Assembly (NCBI GenBank): GCA_018674495.1
Contig: JABHAA010000043.1
Span: 21,615 to 85,614 of the forward strand
DNA from: Rhodospirillaceae bacterium
GTDB lineage: Bacteria > Pseudomonadota > Alphaproteobacteria > Rhodospirillales > UBA2165
DNA length: 64,000 nt
Direction: 5' to 3'
Shown: one piece after another, positions 37,871 through 47,625 of the stretch
Layout: each line of letters begins with the position of its first letter
Position numbering within the stretch: position 1 is the stretch's first letter
Position numbers and translations under genes: made by a program
The notes under the pieces: model-generated
What the model saw: the letters and a program-made list of their open reading frames with translations, nothing else
Database searches by the model: none
What the model was told of the DNA's origin: nothing

Positions 37871-38827
37871 CTAGATATCTTTTTCTCGGTCGATGGGGCG
37901 TATGCTGGCCCGGTGGCCACCGAATTCATCGGCGCTGCCGGCGGCACTTGTTTCGGGATTGTCTTGCAAGAAATAGGTGGGCCCGGCGGGACCGAAGGGC
38001 CGGTCGCCCTTAATTGTGATGCGCTCCAGATAACGCCGCTGGGGGAAGTAATCGTGGGGCGCGTAGTGCTGGGTCGAGCGGTTGTCCCAAAACACGAAGC
38101 TGTCGGCCTTCCATTGGTGCCGGTATTGTATCTCGGGTATCGCCGCCTGGCGGAACAAGAAATCCAACAACGTCCGGCTTTCGTCTTCGCGCATGTTCTT
38201 GATGCGGATCGTGAACTGGGGATTGACGAACAACGCCTTTTTGCCGGTGACCGGGTGAATGCGAACAACGGGGTGCACCGGGTTTGGGTATTGTTCTTCG
38301 TATTTACGCATCGTCGCCAGCCCATCCTCGCCGCCGCCGAACAATTTACGGAACAGGACCATGTCGTGGATGGCTTCCAGATCATCAAGAAAGTTTTGCA
38401 TGGTCTCGCTCAAAGCATCGTAGGCCGCCGTCATGGAAGCAAAGATGGTGTTACCGCCATAGGCCGGTATGACTTTGGCCGACAACATGGTGCCCAAAGG
38501 CGGCTCGGCGCGGAAGGTTTCGTCCGAATGCCAGCGGTCGGTGCCGAACGGCGGATTGTCTTCGTTATTGTCGAATATAATCAGCTCCGGTGTGTCTTCC
38601 TGGTTGGGGGAAAACGGATGCACGCTCAATTCGCCAAAGCGTTTGCCAAAGGCGATTTGCTGTTCGGCATTGATCTTTTGGTCGTGGAACACAACGACTT
38701 CATTTTCCATCACCGCGTCGTGGACGGCGGCGAATTCTTCGTCGCTGAGCGCCCGGCTCAGATCGACGCCCCGGATTTCAGCACCCAGATGCGGCGCGAC
38801 TTTAATGACCTCGACATTGTGACCCAT
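37871..38827 (-). CDS. TauD/TfdA-family Fe(II)/2-oxoglutarate dioxygenase (paralogue 2 of 3, closest to taurine-dioxygenase pattern)
   Basis: 318 aa with LGAEIRGVDLS, DRWHSDETF, GGNTIFASM and VFWDNRSTQHYA. Confidence 0.9.
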   Translation of the reverse strand: MGHNVEVIKVAPHLGAEIRGVDLSRALSDEEFAAVHDAVMENEVVVFHDQKINAEQQIAFGKRFGELSVHPFSPNQEDTPELIIFDNNEDNPPFGTDRWHSDETFRAEPPLGTMLSAKVIPAYGGNTIFASMTAAYDALSETMQNFLDDLEAIHDMVLFRKLFGGGEDGLATMRKYEEQYPNPVHPVVRIHPVTGKKALFVNPQFTIRIKNMREDESRTLLDFLFRQAAIPEIQYRHQWKADSFVFWDNRSTQHYAPHDYFPQRRYLERITIKGDRPFGPAGPTYFLQDNPETSAAGSADEFGGHRASIRPIDREKDI

Positions 38828-38908
38828 GGCGGTATCTCCGAATTTGCTGATCCCTGGCGGCTCGCAGGGCCATTGTAATTTAACGCGGGCCTCAAGGGCA
38901 CAAAATAG

Positions 38909-39322
38909 TTACGCCGGATAGGTGATTACATAATCTTCCGGTATGTCCAGCCACTCCTTGGCTGCCGCAAGGTCGCGATAGACTCTTCGTTCGATTTTGC
39001 TTGTCAATCGCGTGGAGACAGCCCAGCGATGCGCCTTCGCATAATCCAATGCCGAACCAGTGACCCAAGCGATATGGCATATTTCAATTTTCTGGTCATA
39101 TTCTTCAAGCCGTTCGCGGCCAGCCCTCAATATGGGCCCGTCGCCAAAATTTTCAGGCAGGGTCGTTCTCGACACGTCGTGGAGCATATTCATTCCGCCA
39201 CGATGCGACGCATCGCAGGTAATTTCGCCTAAAGCCTCAAAGCCTTCAAATTTTTCGAAATCGCCGAAATATTTAACGAAGGCACAATTCAGCCCGGCAT
39301 CAATGTAGTACGTGTGAGCCAT
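38909..39322 (-). CDS. Small soluble hypothetical protein, paralogue of 16122..16547
   Basis: I moved the start to the ATG at 39322 (MAHTYYIDAGLNCAFVKY...). It shares GMNMLHD, LDYAKAHRWAVSTR and AAKEWLDIPEDYVITY with the 16122 product. Confidence 0.6.
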   Translation of the reverse strand: MAHTYYIDAGLNCAFVKYFGDFEKFEGFEALGEITCDASHRGGMNMLHDVSRTTLPENFGDGPILRAGRERLEEYDQKIEICHIAWVTGSALDYAKAHRWAVSTRLTSKIERRVYRDLAAAKEWLDIPEDYVITYPA

Positions 39323-39360
39323 GCATAAATTTACACGAGACAATTGGCTTGCAGCAATAT

Positions 39361-40380
39361 TCAATATTTCTCGGCTATAGTGTATGCCGCATCGACAAGT
39401 TCGACCGCCCGGTAGCAGTCGCGGGCGGACGCCAGCGGCGCCTGGCCGCCCCGCCACCTGGCCAAGGTATCATCGAGGATCCGGTAAGCCGGCGCTTCGC
39501 CGGGGATAAACGGCACCTGCCCTTGGATCTCTTTTGTGGTCACCCGGAGAACACCATCCTTGAACGTCAACAAGGCATGGCTGCCGGACAGTTTGTATTC
39601 GGCGTCGGTTCCGACCCAGGGCGCCTCCAAATTTGCGGGCTTCGTGACTTGCGGAAAGATGTTGCCCACCTCCACCGTCGCCAGAATGCCGCTATCCGAT
39701 TGCAAAAGCACCGAGGCGTAATCTTCGACATCGCGGCCAAGGGCGCGCCCCGAAACTTGAGCGCCGGTCACATGTGCGCCCTCGCCCATCAGATACAAAA
39801 ACATATCGAGGCCGTGCAGCCCCAAATTGCGCAAGGTGCCGCCGCCGGCAACCGCCGGGTCCAGCATCCAGGGTGAGCCCCAGTTGACATAGCGCTCCGA
39901 CGTGGGCCGGTTGTTGCGTGCATAAAAATGCGAGACCGTCCCGAAGCTGCCATCGGCGATCATTTTTTGTGCTTGGGCTACGAACGGCAAATAACGCATG
40001 AAAAACGGCACCGCCGCGAAGGCTCCCTTGGCCTCCACCTTTTCGGCGATTGCCAATACCTCTACGGCATTGAGCCCCATGGGCTTCTCCATCAGGAACG
40101 GATAACCTTGGTCCAGTAAATAGTGGGCGGTTTCGGCCATGGCGGCGTGGCGGCCGAGAGCGAGCACGAAATCGGGCTTGGTTTCTTTCAGCATTTTCCG
40201 GTAATCGGTATAGCTATCGGCAACGCCGGCCTCGGCGGCGATGCGGCGGCAGAGATGTAAATCCGGGTCTTGCAGCGCAACCACTTCGGCTTCTGGAATT
40301 TTGGCAAGATGGGTAAGGTAGGCGGCATCCTTCAAGGCGTGCCAATGGCTGACTTCGATTACAGCGATACGAATGGGCAT
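39361..40380 (-). CDS. Gfo/Idh/MocA-family NAD(P)-dependent oxidoreductase
   Basis: I moved the start to the ATG at 40380 (MPIRIAVIEVSHWHA...). It has an N-terminal Rossmann fold and EKPMGLN. The upstream 118 codons of the listed ORF look like non-coding read-through. Confidence 0.85.
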   Translation of the reverse strand: MPIRIAVIEVSHWHALKDAAYLTHLAKIPEAEVVALQDPDLHLCRRIAAEAGVADSYTDYRKMLKETKPDFVLALGRHAAMAETAHYLLDQGYPFLMEKPMGLNAVEVLAIAEKVEAKGAFAAVPFFMRYLPFVAQAQKMIADGSFGTVSHFYARNNRPTSERYVNWGSPWMLDPAVAGGGTLRNLGLHGLDMFLYLMGEGAHVTGAQVSGRALGRDVEDYASVLLQSDSGILATVEVGNIFPQVTKPANLEAPWVGTDAEYKLSGSHALLTFKDGVLRVTTKEIQGQVPFIPGEAPAYRILDDTLARWRGGQAPLASARDCYRAVELVDAAYTIAEKY

Positions 40381-40423
40381 AAAGAATGCACTCCAGAAGC
40401 TTTGATGACCGGCGGCGTTCGCT

Positions 40424-42181
40424 TTACGCTTCGGAGACAGTATCGAAAGCCGTCGAATGCTCTCCCGGCGGCGGCGGCGCGATGGCGTCCCGGCCCGGCA
40501 CTGGGCGCAGTTCGGCCCGGCAAGTATCACCGGCCTTCGACACCACATAATTGCCGAGGAAGTTGGCATCGTCGCGCTCGGGATAATCCATGCGGAAATG
40601 CCCGCCCCGTGTTTCCTTGCGGGCAAGGGCCGCCGTGCCCAGCATGCGCGCCACTTCAATGAGATTGCGGGTCTCGTAAGTTCGGCGCAGGCAATCCCAG
40701 CGTTGGCGTTTGGTTTTGCCTGAATTATCGACATCGTTGAATGCGCCTTCGGCGGCGGCCAATTCGTTAAGACCGGAGCTCAGGCGTTCCTCCGACCGCA
40801 CCTGACCGAGGGAAGAAACCACAAGATCCTGGACGTTCTGGCGCCAATCGCTTGCCGAGGGACCGGTGCCGGTCCTGGATGCTCTGTCGGCGAGATCCGC
40901 CAGGCCGTCTTGCCAATTGCCGCTTTCGGGATCGGGCGCCTCGCGGGTTTTCGCCTCCTGCGCCGCCGCGATGCCTGAGCGCAGACCGAACACATAACTG
41001 TCGATAAGGGCCAGCCCGCCGAGCCGGTTGGCGCCGTGAATGCCGCCCGCCGCCTCGCCGCCGGCATAGAGCCCCTCGATAGTCGAGCGGCCCCATTCAT
41101 CGATGCGCAAGCCGCCGAGATAGGTGTGCGGCGCCGCGCCGACCTCGAGGAATTCTTTGCTCAGATCGATATTGTTCTTGGCCATGGTAGCGATAATGGA
41201 TTTGCCCGGACCCTGATTGACCGCATCGAAGACATGACGGATATCGATGTTGATATTGCCGCCTGGCGTGCCTCGGCCTTCGAATATTTCCATCGCCATG
41301 GCGCGGGTGTTCATGGCCCGTGACGTTAATTCCATGCGTTCGGGGTCGTACTTTTCCATGAACCGCGCGCCGAGGCCGTTGAGCAGATGCCCGCCGGCAG
41401 TGAGCAATCCGGTCGAATAGCAGGGATAGCCGGCAAGCCTTTCCGGCGCTGCGGTAAGAACCTGATAGTCGATAAACTCCATATCGATCAGCTCGGCGCC
41501 AGCCCGGTAAGCCATGGCGTAGCCGTCGCCGGTAACGATGGGCGGCGAATCATTAAGGGTATGGAGCTGCGGCGCGCCGCCGGTGGCGATGACCGTCGAT
41601 CTGGCGTGAACCACCACGGGCGTTCCTTCCCGGTAGAGGAACCCCCAGGCGCCGACCACCCTATCGCCGTCTTTAAGCAGATCGACGAACATGATGTGGA
41701 TCATCGGCTCGATGTCCCAGCTTTTGGTTTTGCCCGACAGCGCCGCCATGAGCGGCTTGCCCATCAGCCGGTTGCAATGAACCATGCGCGGATAGCGGTG
41801 CGGAAAACCGCCGGGCACTTGATCGAAACGGCCATCTTCGGTCTTGACCAGGCCCAGCCCCCATTCATCCAACTCCGCCGAGCGGTCGATGGATTCGGTG
41901 CTGACGATGTCGATCAGCCGCTCATTGCAAAGCCCTTCGCCGCCGGCCTGGATGTCTTCGAAAAACAGATCGGGATTGTCCGCCGGATCGGAATGGCCGA
42001 GCGCCAGGGAATGGCCGCCGCGCGCCATCGACGAGGAGCCCGACGCATAGGTGCTCTTGGTTGCGATCATCGGCCTTACACCGGAGCGCATCGCACCGAC
42101 CACAGCCAGCATGCCGGCAACGCCGGAGCCGATGATAAGCATGTCTGTCTGGATGCGGCGAATGTCTTCGGGCGGGTTCAT
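40424..42181 (-). CDS. FAD-dependent oxidoreductase of the succinate dehydrogenase / fumarate reductase / L-aspartate oxidase flavoprotein family
   Basis: I moved the start to the ATG at 42181. Motifs are DMLIIGSGVAGMLA, ATGG, GLYAGGEAAGGIHGANRLGG and TRGGHFRMDYPERDD. The listed 977-aa ORF is an antisense extension into the amidohydrolase gene. Confidence 0.85.
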   Translation of the reverse strand: MNPPEDIRRIQTDMLIIGSGVAGMLAVVGAMRSGVRPMIATKSTYASGSSSMARGGHSLALGHSDPADNPDLFFEDIQAGGEGLCNERLIDIVSTESIDRSAELDEWGLGLVKTEDGRFDQVPGGFPHRYPRMVHCNRLMGKPLMAALSGKTKSWDIEPMIHIMFVDLLKDGDRVVGAWGFLYREGTPVVVHARSTVIATGGAPQLHTLNDSPPIVTGDGYAMAYRAGAELIDMEFIDYQVLTAAPERLAGYPCYSTGLLTAGGHLLNGLGARFMEKYDPERMELTSRAMNTRAMAMEIFEGRGTPGGNINIDIRHVFDAVNQGPGKSIIATMAKNNIDLSKEFLEVGAAPHTYLGGLRIDEWGRSTIEGLYAGGEAAGGIHGANRLGGLALIDSYVFGLRSGIAAAQEAKTREAPDPESGNWQDGLADLADRASRTGTGPSASDWRQNVQDLVVSSLGQVRSEERLSSGLNELAAAEGAFNDVDNSGKTKRQRWDCLRRTYETRNLIEVARMLGTAALARKETRGGHFRMDYPERDDANFLGNYVVSKAGDTCRAELRPVPGRDAIAPPPPGEHSTAFDTVSEA

Positions 42182-42322
42182 GATTAAGAACGCTTTCCGT
42201 TGTGATGGGTTACGCGGCCCTGATGATAGCCTTAAGAGCCTCTCCGGCGAAAGGCGATTAGATGGCGGTTGAATTGACGGGGCGTAGCGGGCAAGATTTT
42301 CGCTTAACCGGGAGTTCAAACC

Positions 42323-43771
42323 ATGACCACGCAAACCAAAGACAAAGCCGTCGGCGCCGATGTGCGCGCTCGCCTCGACCATCCGATCATCGATGGCGAC
42401 AGCCACACCCAGGAGACCGCCTTTGGCATGGAGGATTTCCTGAAACCCGTGGCCGGCTCGGAGATCGCGGCCCTTTGGTCCAAATTCCGATCCGTCCATA
42501 CGGTGCAGCCCTTGCGCCTGACATTTTGGAATGTGCCGTCCGGTCCGGCCAGCATTGATCGGGCCATGTCCATGCTGCCCAGGCTGCGCAAGGCGCGGCT
42601 GGAAGAGGCTGGGCTCGATTACTGCGTCATCTACACCACCATGGGCCTCGCACTGGTCGGCCACCGCAACGAAGAATTCCGGCGCGCCTGCTGCCGGGCG
42701 ATGAACGTCATGAACGCCGATATGTATATGGCCGCCGACGTCGCAGACCGCATGACCCCGGCCGCCGTGATCCCGATGAATTCGCCCGCCGAAGCCATCG
42801 AGGAATTGGAATATTGCGTCACCGAGCTTGGCTACAAGACAATCATGATCCCATCCGAAGTACGCACGCCCGTGAAAGAGGTCGCCGATCAGGCGCCGGA
42901 GCTGGCCGCCTATACCACCCACACCCATTCCTTCACCCTGGACGCGCTTTATGATTACGATCCCTTCTGGCAGCGCTGCGCCGATCTGAAAGTTTCCATC
43001 GGCTGCCATTCCAGCCCGAGGGGCGGCGGCGGATTGCGCGGCTCGCCCAGCAATTATGTGTTCAACCATCTGGGCAGCTTTGCGTCGGGCGCCGAATTCC
43101 TGTGCCGCTCGTTGTTCTTGGGCGGCGTGACGCGGCGCTTCCCCACCTTGCGCTTTGCCTTCCTGGAAGGCGGCGTTGCCTGGGCGGCCGATCTTTATGC
43201 CTCCATTGTCGAGGCGTGGGAAAAGCGCAATATGGATACGCTGATGGAGTATTTGAATCCGCACAATCTCGACATGGATCTGATGGTCGAAATGTTCGAA
43301 AAATACGGCAACGACTATTTGACGCCGGAGCGAATGCGCGGCTACCCGGAAACCCACAATTCCCGGCTCGACGAGAACCCGGACAATTACGATGATTTCC
43401 GCGCCTGCGAGATCAAACTAAAAACCGACATCCGCGAATTGTTCGTGCCCAACTTCTATTTCGGCTGCGAGGCCGACGACCGGCTCAACGCCATTGCCTT
43501 TGATGCCAAACTCAATCATATGGACGCCCGCCTGAAAGCCACTTTCGGCTCCGACATCGGCCATTGGGATGTGCTGGATTCAAGGAGCGTGGTGAACGAA
43601 GCCTACGCGCTTGTCGAACAAGGGCTGATGAGCGAAGACGATTTCAGGGACTTCACCTTCACCAACAATGTGACCCTGCACGCTGGCATCAATCCGGACT
43701 TCTTCAAAGGCACCGCCATCGAAGCCGAAGCCGATGCCGCCATGGCACGCGTGAACGCCGCCGCCGAGTAA
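42323..43771 (+). CDS. Amidohydrolase-2 (metal-dependent TIM-barrel hydrolase/decarboxylase) family protein
   Basis: 482 aa with HPIIDGDSHTQE near the N-terminus and FGSDIGHWD near the C-terminus. Confidence 0.75.
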   Translation: MTTQTKDKAVGADVRARLDHPIIDGDSHTQETAFGMEDFLKPVAGSEIAALWSKFRSVHTVQPLRLTFWNVPSGPASIDRAMSMLPRLRKARLEEAGLDYCVIYTTMGLALVGHRNEEFRRACCRAMNVMNADMYMAADVADRMTPAAVIPMNSPAEAIEELEYCVTELGYKTIMIPSEVRTPVKEVADQAPELAAYTTHTHSFTLDALYDYDPFWQRCADLKVSIGCHSSPRGGGGLRGSPSNYVFNHLGSFASGAEFLCRSLFLGGVTRRFPTLRFAFLEGGVAWAADLYASIVEAWEKRNMDTLMEYLNPHNLDMDLMVEMFEKYGNDYLTPERMRGYPETHNSRLDENPDNYDDFRACEIKLKTDIRELFVPNFYFGCEADDRLNAIAFDAKLNHMDARLKATFGSDIGHWDVLDSRSVVNEAYALVEQGLMSEDDFRDFTFTNNVTLHAGINPDFFKGTAIEAEADAAMARVNAAAE

Positions 43772-43791
43772 GGGATCGCTTTACGGCAACG

Positions 43792-45399
43792 CTAATTCGC
43801 GGCGTCCGCCAGAATTATATCAGCGGCCTTTTCGGCAATCATAGTGACCGGCGCGTGGGTGTTGCCGGACGTGATGACCGGCATGATCGATGCATCGGCG
43901 ATGCGCAATCCACCGATTCCATGCACGGCCAAACGATCGTTCACCACCGCCATCGCATCGTCGCCCATTTTCGCGGTGCCAACGGGATGAAAAATGGTAG
44001 TCGCAATGTCGCCGGCCAATTTGGCCAATTCCGCATCGGAGGTGAAATCAGCGCCCGGCTTGAATTCCACCGGCGCGTATCTGGCCATGGCGTTCGTGGC
44101 CATCAGACGGCGCGCATGGCGGATGCTGTCGGCAGCCACTTTGCGGTCATTATCGGTGGACAAGTAATTGGGCTTTATAGCCGGCGCCTGGTTGGCATCG
44201 TTTGACGTGATGTGACAGGTGCCGCGGCTTTCCGGGCGCAGATTACAGACCGAAACGGTGATCGCCGGAAATGTATGCAGCGGTTCGCCAAAGGCATCCA
44301 AAGACAAGGGCTGTACATGATATTCGATATTCGGCGTCTCGAACTCAGGCGCCGATTTGGTGAACAGGCCTAGCTGGCTGGGTGCCATCACCATCGGCCC
44401 GGAACGGCGCATAAAATAATCGGCGGCGATACCAAGCTTGCCCCAAAGGCTCGCCGACATTTCGTTCAGGGTCTTGGCGCCGGAGATTTTAAAAATCGTC
44501 CGTATTTGTAAATGGTCCTGCAGGTTTTCACCGACACCCTTCAATTCATGCACCACCGGAATATTATGCTCGGCCAAAATTTCGCCCGGCCCGATCCCCG
44601 ACAATTGCAGGATTTGCGCCGAACCGATGGAGCCGGCGGCAAGGATCACCTCTTGATTGACGAAGGCTTTGCTCAGTTTGCCGCGCTGGCGAATTTCGAC
44701 GCCGGTAACCTGGCGGCCATCGAAGCAAAGCCGTTCCACCTGGGCCTGGGTGATGATTTGCAGATTGCCCCGGTTTTTGACCGGATCGAGGAACGCTTTT
44801 CTGGAATTCCAGCGCACGCCCTTTTTCTGATTGACCGGAAAATAGCCAACGCCTTCGTTGTTGCCTTGGTTGAAATCATCGGTCGGCGCAACGCCAATCT
44901 CGCCGGCCGCTTCCGCCACACTGTCCAATATGGGCCACGAAAGGCGCTGTTCCTCGACCAGCAATTCGCCGTCCTTTCCGTGGAATTCGCTTCCCTCGCC
45001 ATAATGATGTTCGGACTTGGTGAAATAGGGCAGCACGTCGTCCCAGCTCCAACCCACATTGCCCATTTGGCGCCACTGGTCATAGTCCCTGGCCTGGCCG
45101 CGCATATAGATCATACCGTTGATCGACGAGCAGCCGCCGAGCACCTTGCCGCGCGGATAATTTAACGCCCGGCCATTGAGCCCCGGTTCAGGTTCGGTCC
45201 GGTAGCACCAGTCGGTCTTCGGGTTGCCCATGCAATATAAGTAACCCACCGGTACATGCACCCAGAACCGGTTGTCGCTGCCACCGGCTTCGATCAGCAG
45301 CACTTTGGTTTTGGCGTCGCTGCTCAGCCGGTTGGCCAGAACGCAGCCGCCGGAGCCGGCGCCGATGATGATGTAATCGAAAGTGCCCCTATCGGTCAT
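43792..45399 (-). CDS. GMC-family FAD oxidoreductase (choline/alcohol dehydrogenase-like)
   Basis: 535 aa with FDYIIIGAGSGGCVLANRLS, GKVLGGCSSINGM and HPVGTAKMG. Confidence 0.9.
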   Translation of the reverse strand: MTDRGTFDYIIIGAGSGGCVLANRLSSDAKTKVLLIEAGGSDNRFWVHVPVGYLYCMGNPKTDWCYRTEPEPGLNGRALNYPRGKVLGGCSSINGMIYMRGQARDYDQWRQMGNVGWSWDDVLPYFTKSEHHYGEGSEFHGKDGELLVEEQRLSWPILDSVAEAAGEIGVAPTDDFNQGNNEGVGYFPVNQKKGVRWNSRKAFLDPVKNRGNLQIITQAQVERLCFDGRQVTGVEIRQRGKLSKAFVNQEVILAAGSIGSAQILQLSGIGPGEILAEHNIPVVHELKGVGENLQDHLQIRTIFKISGAKTLNEMSASLWGKLGIAADYFMRRSGPMVMAPSQLGLFTKSAPEFETPNIEYHVQPLSLDAFGEPLHTFPAITVSVCNLRPESRGTCHITSNDANQAPAIKPNYLSTDNDRKVAADSIRHARRLMATNAMARYAPVEFKPGADFTSDAELAKLAGDIATTIFHPVGTAKMGDDAMAVVNDRLAVHGIGGLRIADASIMPVITSGNTHAPVTMIAEKAADIILADAAN

Positions 45400-45405
45400 A
45401 CCACC

Positions 45406-46560
45406 TCAAGGCCATAGCTCGGACGAGGCCAGGGCCGCGCCTTCGGCCAAGGTTTCCAGCTTTGCCCACATAACGGTGGGGTGCACCCGCTGATAACCTT
45501 CGGCCTGGGCAAAGCCGCAATCGGTTCCGGCGATCACGTTTTCTCGGCCCACCAGGCCGGCAAAGCGAACGATGCGATCGGCCACCAGACGCGGATGCTC
45601 GACGGTGATGGTGTGGTGCGAGACAACGCCGGGGATCAGGATCTTGCCGTCCGGCAGCTTGGTATCCTGCCACACCCGCCATTCATGTTCGTGACGCGCA
45701 TTGGCCGCCTCGATGGAATAGGCGCCGGCATTGACCCGTAAGATCAGATCAATGATCGCCTCCAACGGCGCATCGGCGGTGTGCGGAATGTGCCAGCTTC
45801 CGAAACAGACATGGTAGCGGACCCGGTCTTCGGGAATGCCCTTAAGGGCGTGGTTGAGGGCTTCAACGCGCAGCTCCGCCCATTCCCGATATCGTTCCGG
45901 GCTCTGCTGAACCAGATGGTCGTACATGTTGGCGAGCACGGCATCGTCCACCTGCACCAGCAATCCGGCGGCGTGGATGGCCGCATATTCCTTACCCAGC
46001 GCCTCGGCGATGGCGTAGATATAATCATGCTCGTTCTGGTAATGCTCATCGACGCCGTCATAGGCGGTACTGGCCGGCGCGACGGCGGTGATGAAGGCTT
46101 CGGCCACATCGTTCCCGGCAAGCGCCGCTTTCAGGTTTTCGCAATCGCGCTCAATGGCGCCGGCGCCGGTGTAGGTGATGGCACCGATGCAGGCCTCGGT
46201 CGGGCGCCCTTCGACGGCGCTCGGCATCTCCTGCAATATGGCTTCGCGGAAGCGGTCCATGTCGCGGCCCATCCATTCCACGGGGCGCAATTGGTCCGGG
46301 CGGCGCTCCCAACCGGTCATACGGTCCAGCACATAGGCGGCCCAGCTCGACTTGCCGTATTCGCCGTCATTGACGATGTCGATGCCGGCTTCGGTCTGTT
46401 TTTTCACCACCTCGGCGGTGGCGCTTTGCAGCATCGCCGCATAGCTTGCCTGCGATTGCGCATCGCCGGTTCGCGCCGCTTCGCCGGCGGCCAGCAATTC
46501 GGCGGGCCGGATCAGGCTGCCCACATGGGTTGTCAAAATACGCTCGGTGCTTCGTTTCAT
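45406..46560 (-). CDS. Cobalamin-independent methionine synthase (MetE C-terminal domain)-like methyltransferase family protein
   Basis: I moved the start to the ATG at 46560 (MKRSTERILTTHVGSLIRP...). It is a single-domain protein of about 384 aa with HVCFGSW and a GTDCGF-type C-terminal motif. Confidence 0.7.
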   Translation of the reverse strand: MKRSTERILTTHVGSLIRPAELLAAGEAARTGDAQSQASYAAMLQSATAEVVKKQTEAGIDIVNDGEYGKSSWAAYVLDRMTGWERRPDQLRPVEWMGRDMDRFREAILQEMPSAVEGRPTEACIGAITYTGAGAIERDCENLKAALAGNDVAEAFITAVAPASTAYDGVDEHYQNEHDYIYAIAEALGKEYAAIHAAGLLVQVDDAVLANMYDHLVQQSPERYREWAELRVEALNHALKGIPEDRVRYHVCFGSWHIPHTADAPLEAIIDLILRVNAGAYSIEAANARHEHEWRVWQDTKLPDGKILIPGVVSHHTITVEHPRLVADRIVRFAGLVGRENVIAGTDCGFAQAEGYQRVHPTVMWAKLETLAEGAALASSELWP

Positions 46561-46693
46561 GGCTGTGATCTCCTTTGTTCCCTTTGCGCCGAACCTAGCG
46601 CAATCGATCCGGCTGGCCAAACAGAGCGCCGCCGGTTGCTTGGCTGGGCCTCCTGGTCCATGGTCAGGCGATACCGAATCCCGGAGCCGCACA

Positions 46694-47524
46694 ATGCAGA
46701 TTTCACCGCTTGATCCCTTCGGCGCCGAAATCACCGGCATCGATCTGGCTGGCGACGTCGATATCACAGCGATTCAGGATGCCTGGTACGCCCATCAGGT
46801 TCTGGTGTTCCGGGATCAATCGCTCAGCCAGGACGATCAGCTTCGCTTTACCAGCCGGCTCGGGCCCATGGGCATATCGCGCAACACGATCACCGACGCA
46901 GGGCCGAGCGGCGAAGCGACCCAGCCTGGCATCATGTGGGTCACAAATCTTCGCCGCGGCGACGGCAGCGCCTACGGCCAGCCGCACGGGGGCGAGATGT
47001 GGTTCCATTCCGACATGTGTTATGCGGAAAAGCCCTATACGGCGACCATCCTTTATGCCATCGAGTTGCCGGCCTTGGGCGGCGCCACCCGCTTTGCCGA
47101 TATGTACGGCGCCTATGAGGCCCTGCCCGGCGAGACAAAGCAAAGGATCGAAGGCAAAAGCGTCGTCCAGGTGCACGAATATCACCGGCTGGAACGCCCG
47201 TCGCCTGAGGCTGAGCGCCCCGATGCCTTGCAGTTCGCGCACCCGGCGGTGATCGTGCATCCCGAAACCGGGCGCAAAGCCTTGTTCGTCAACCGGCTGA
47301 TGTCGGCAAGCGTGGTCGGCATGGAGGCGGACGAAAGCGAAGCTCTGCTGGAAGAATTGTTCGACCGCTCCGAGGACCCGGCCAAGATATTGAGCCACAA
47401 TTGGCGCCCCGGCGATCTGGTGATGTGGGACAACCGCTGCACCATTCATGGCCGCGCCGATTTCCCCGAAACCGCACGCCGCATTTTGCGCCGCACCACG
47501 GTGATCGGCGAGCGCCCGTCGTAG
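46694..47524 (+). CDS. TauD/TfdA-family Fe(II)/2-oxoglutarate dioxygenase (paralogue 3 of 3)
   Basis: I moved the start to the ATG at 46694 (MQISPLDPFGAEITGIDLAG...). Motifs are MWFHSDMCY, GGATRFADM and VMWDNRCTIHGRA. Confidence 0.85.
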   Translation: MQISPLDPFGAEITGIDLAGDVDITAIQDAWYAHQVLVFRDQSLSQDDQLRFTSRLGPMGISRNTITDAGPSGEATQPGIMWVTNLRRGDGSAYGQPHGGEMWFHSDMCYAEKPYTATILYAIELPALGGATRFADMYGAYEALPGETKQRIEGKSVVQVHEYHRLERPSPEAERPDALQFAHPAVIVHPETGRKALFVNRLMSASVVGMEADESEALLEELFDRSEDPAKILSHNWRPGDLVMWDNRCTIHGRADFPETARRILRRTTVIGERPS

Positions 47525-47625
47525 TCAAGCGCCCCTTGTGCGCCCCCGAAAGCGATAGTTTGCTTGACGTATTCGCTGCATTAATGATGTCATCGCCGTT
47601 AACAGGGCAATCCATATAAGGGGGC

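Noticed and set aside
37792-38388. A 198-aa minus-strand ORF ending in GNGNGNGNG.
   Set aside because: It is an alternative frame of the well-supported TauD-like gene. The GN repeat is just the hexanucleotide repeat read in another frame.
39361-40734. The full 457-aa ORF as the Gfo/Idh/MocA gene.
   Set aside because: The first roughly 118 codons are Arg/Ala/Pro-rich read-through. The Rossmann-fold N-terminus starts at the ATG at 40380.
42182-43357. The N-terminal 390 codons of the listed 977-aa minus-strand ORF 40424..43357.
   Set aside because: This part is antisense to the amidohydrolase gene and has junk-like composition. The flavoprotein begins convincingly at the ATG at 42181, just before the FAD-binding GSGVAG motif.
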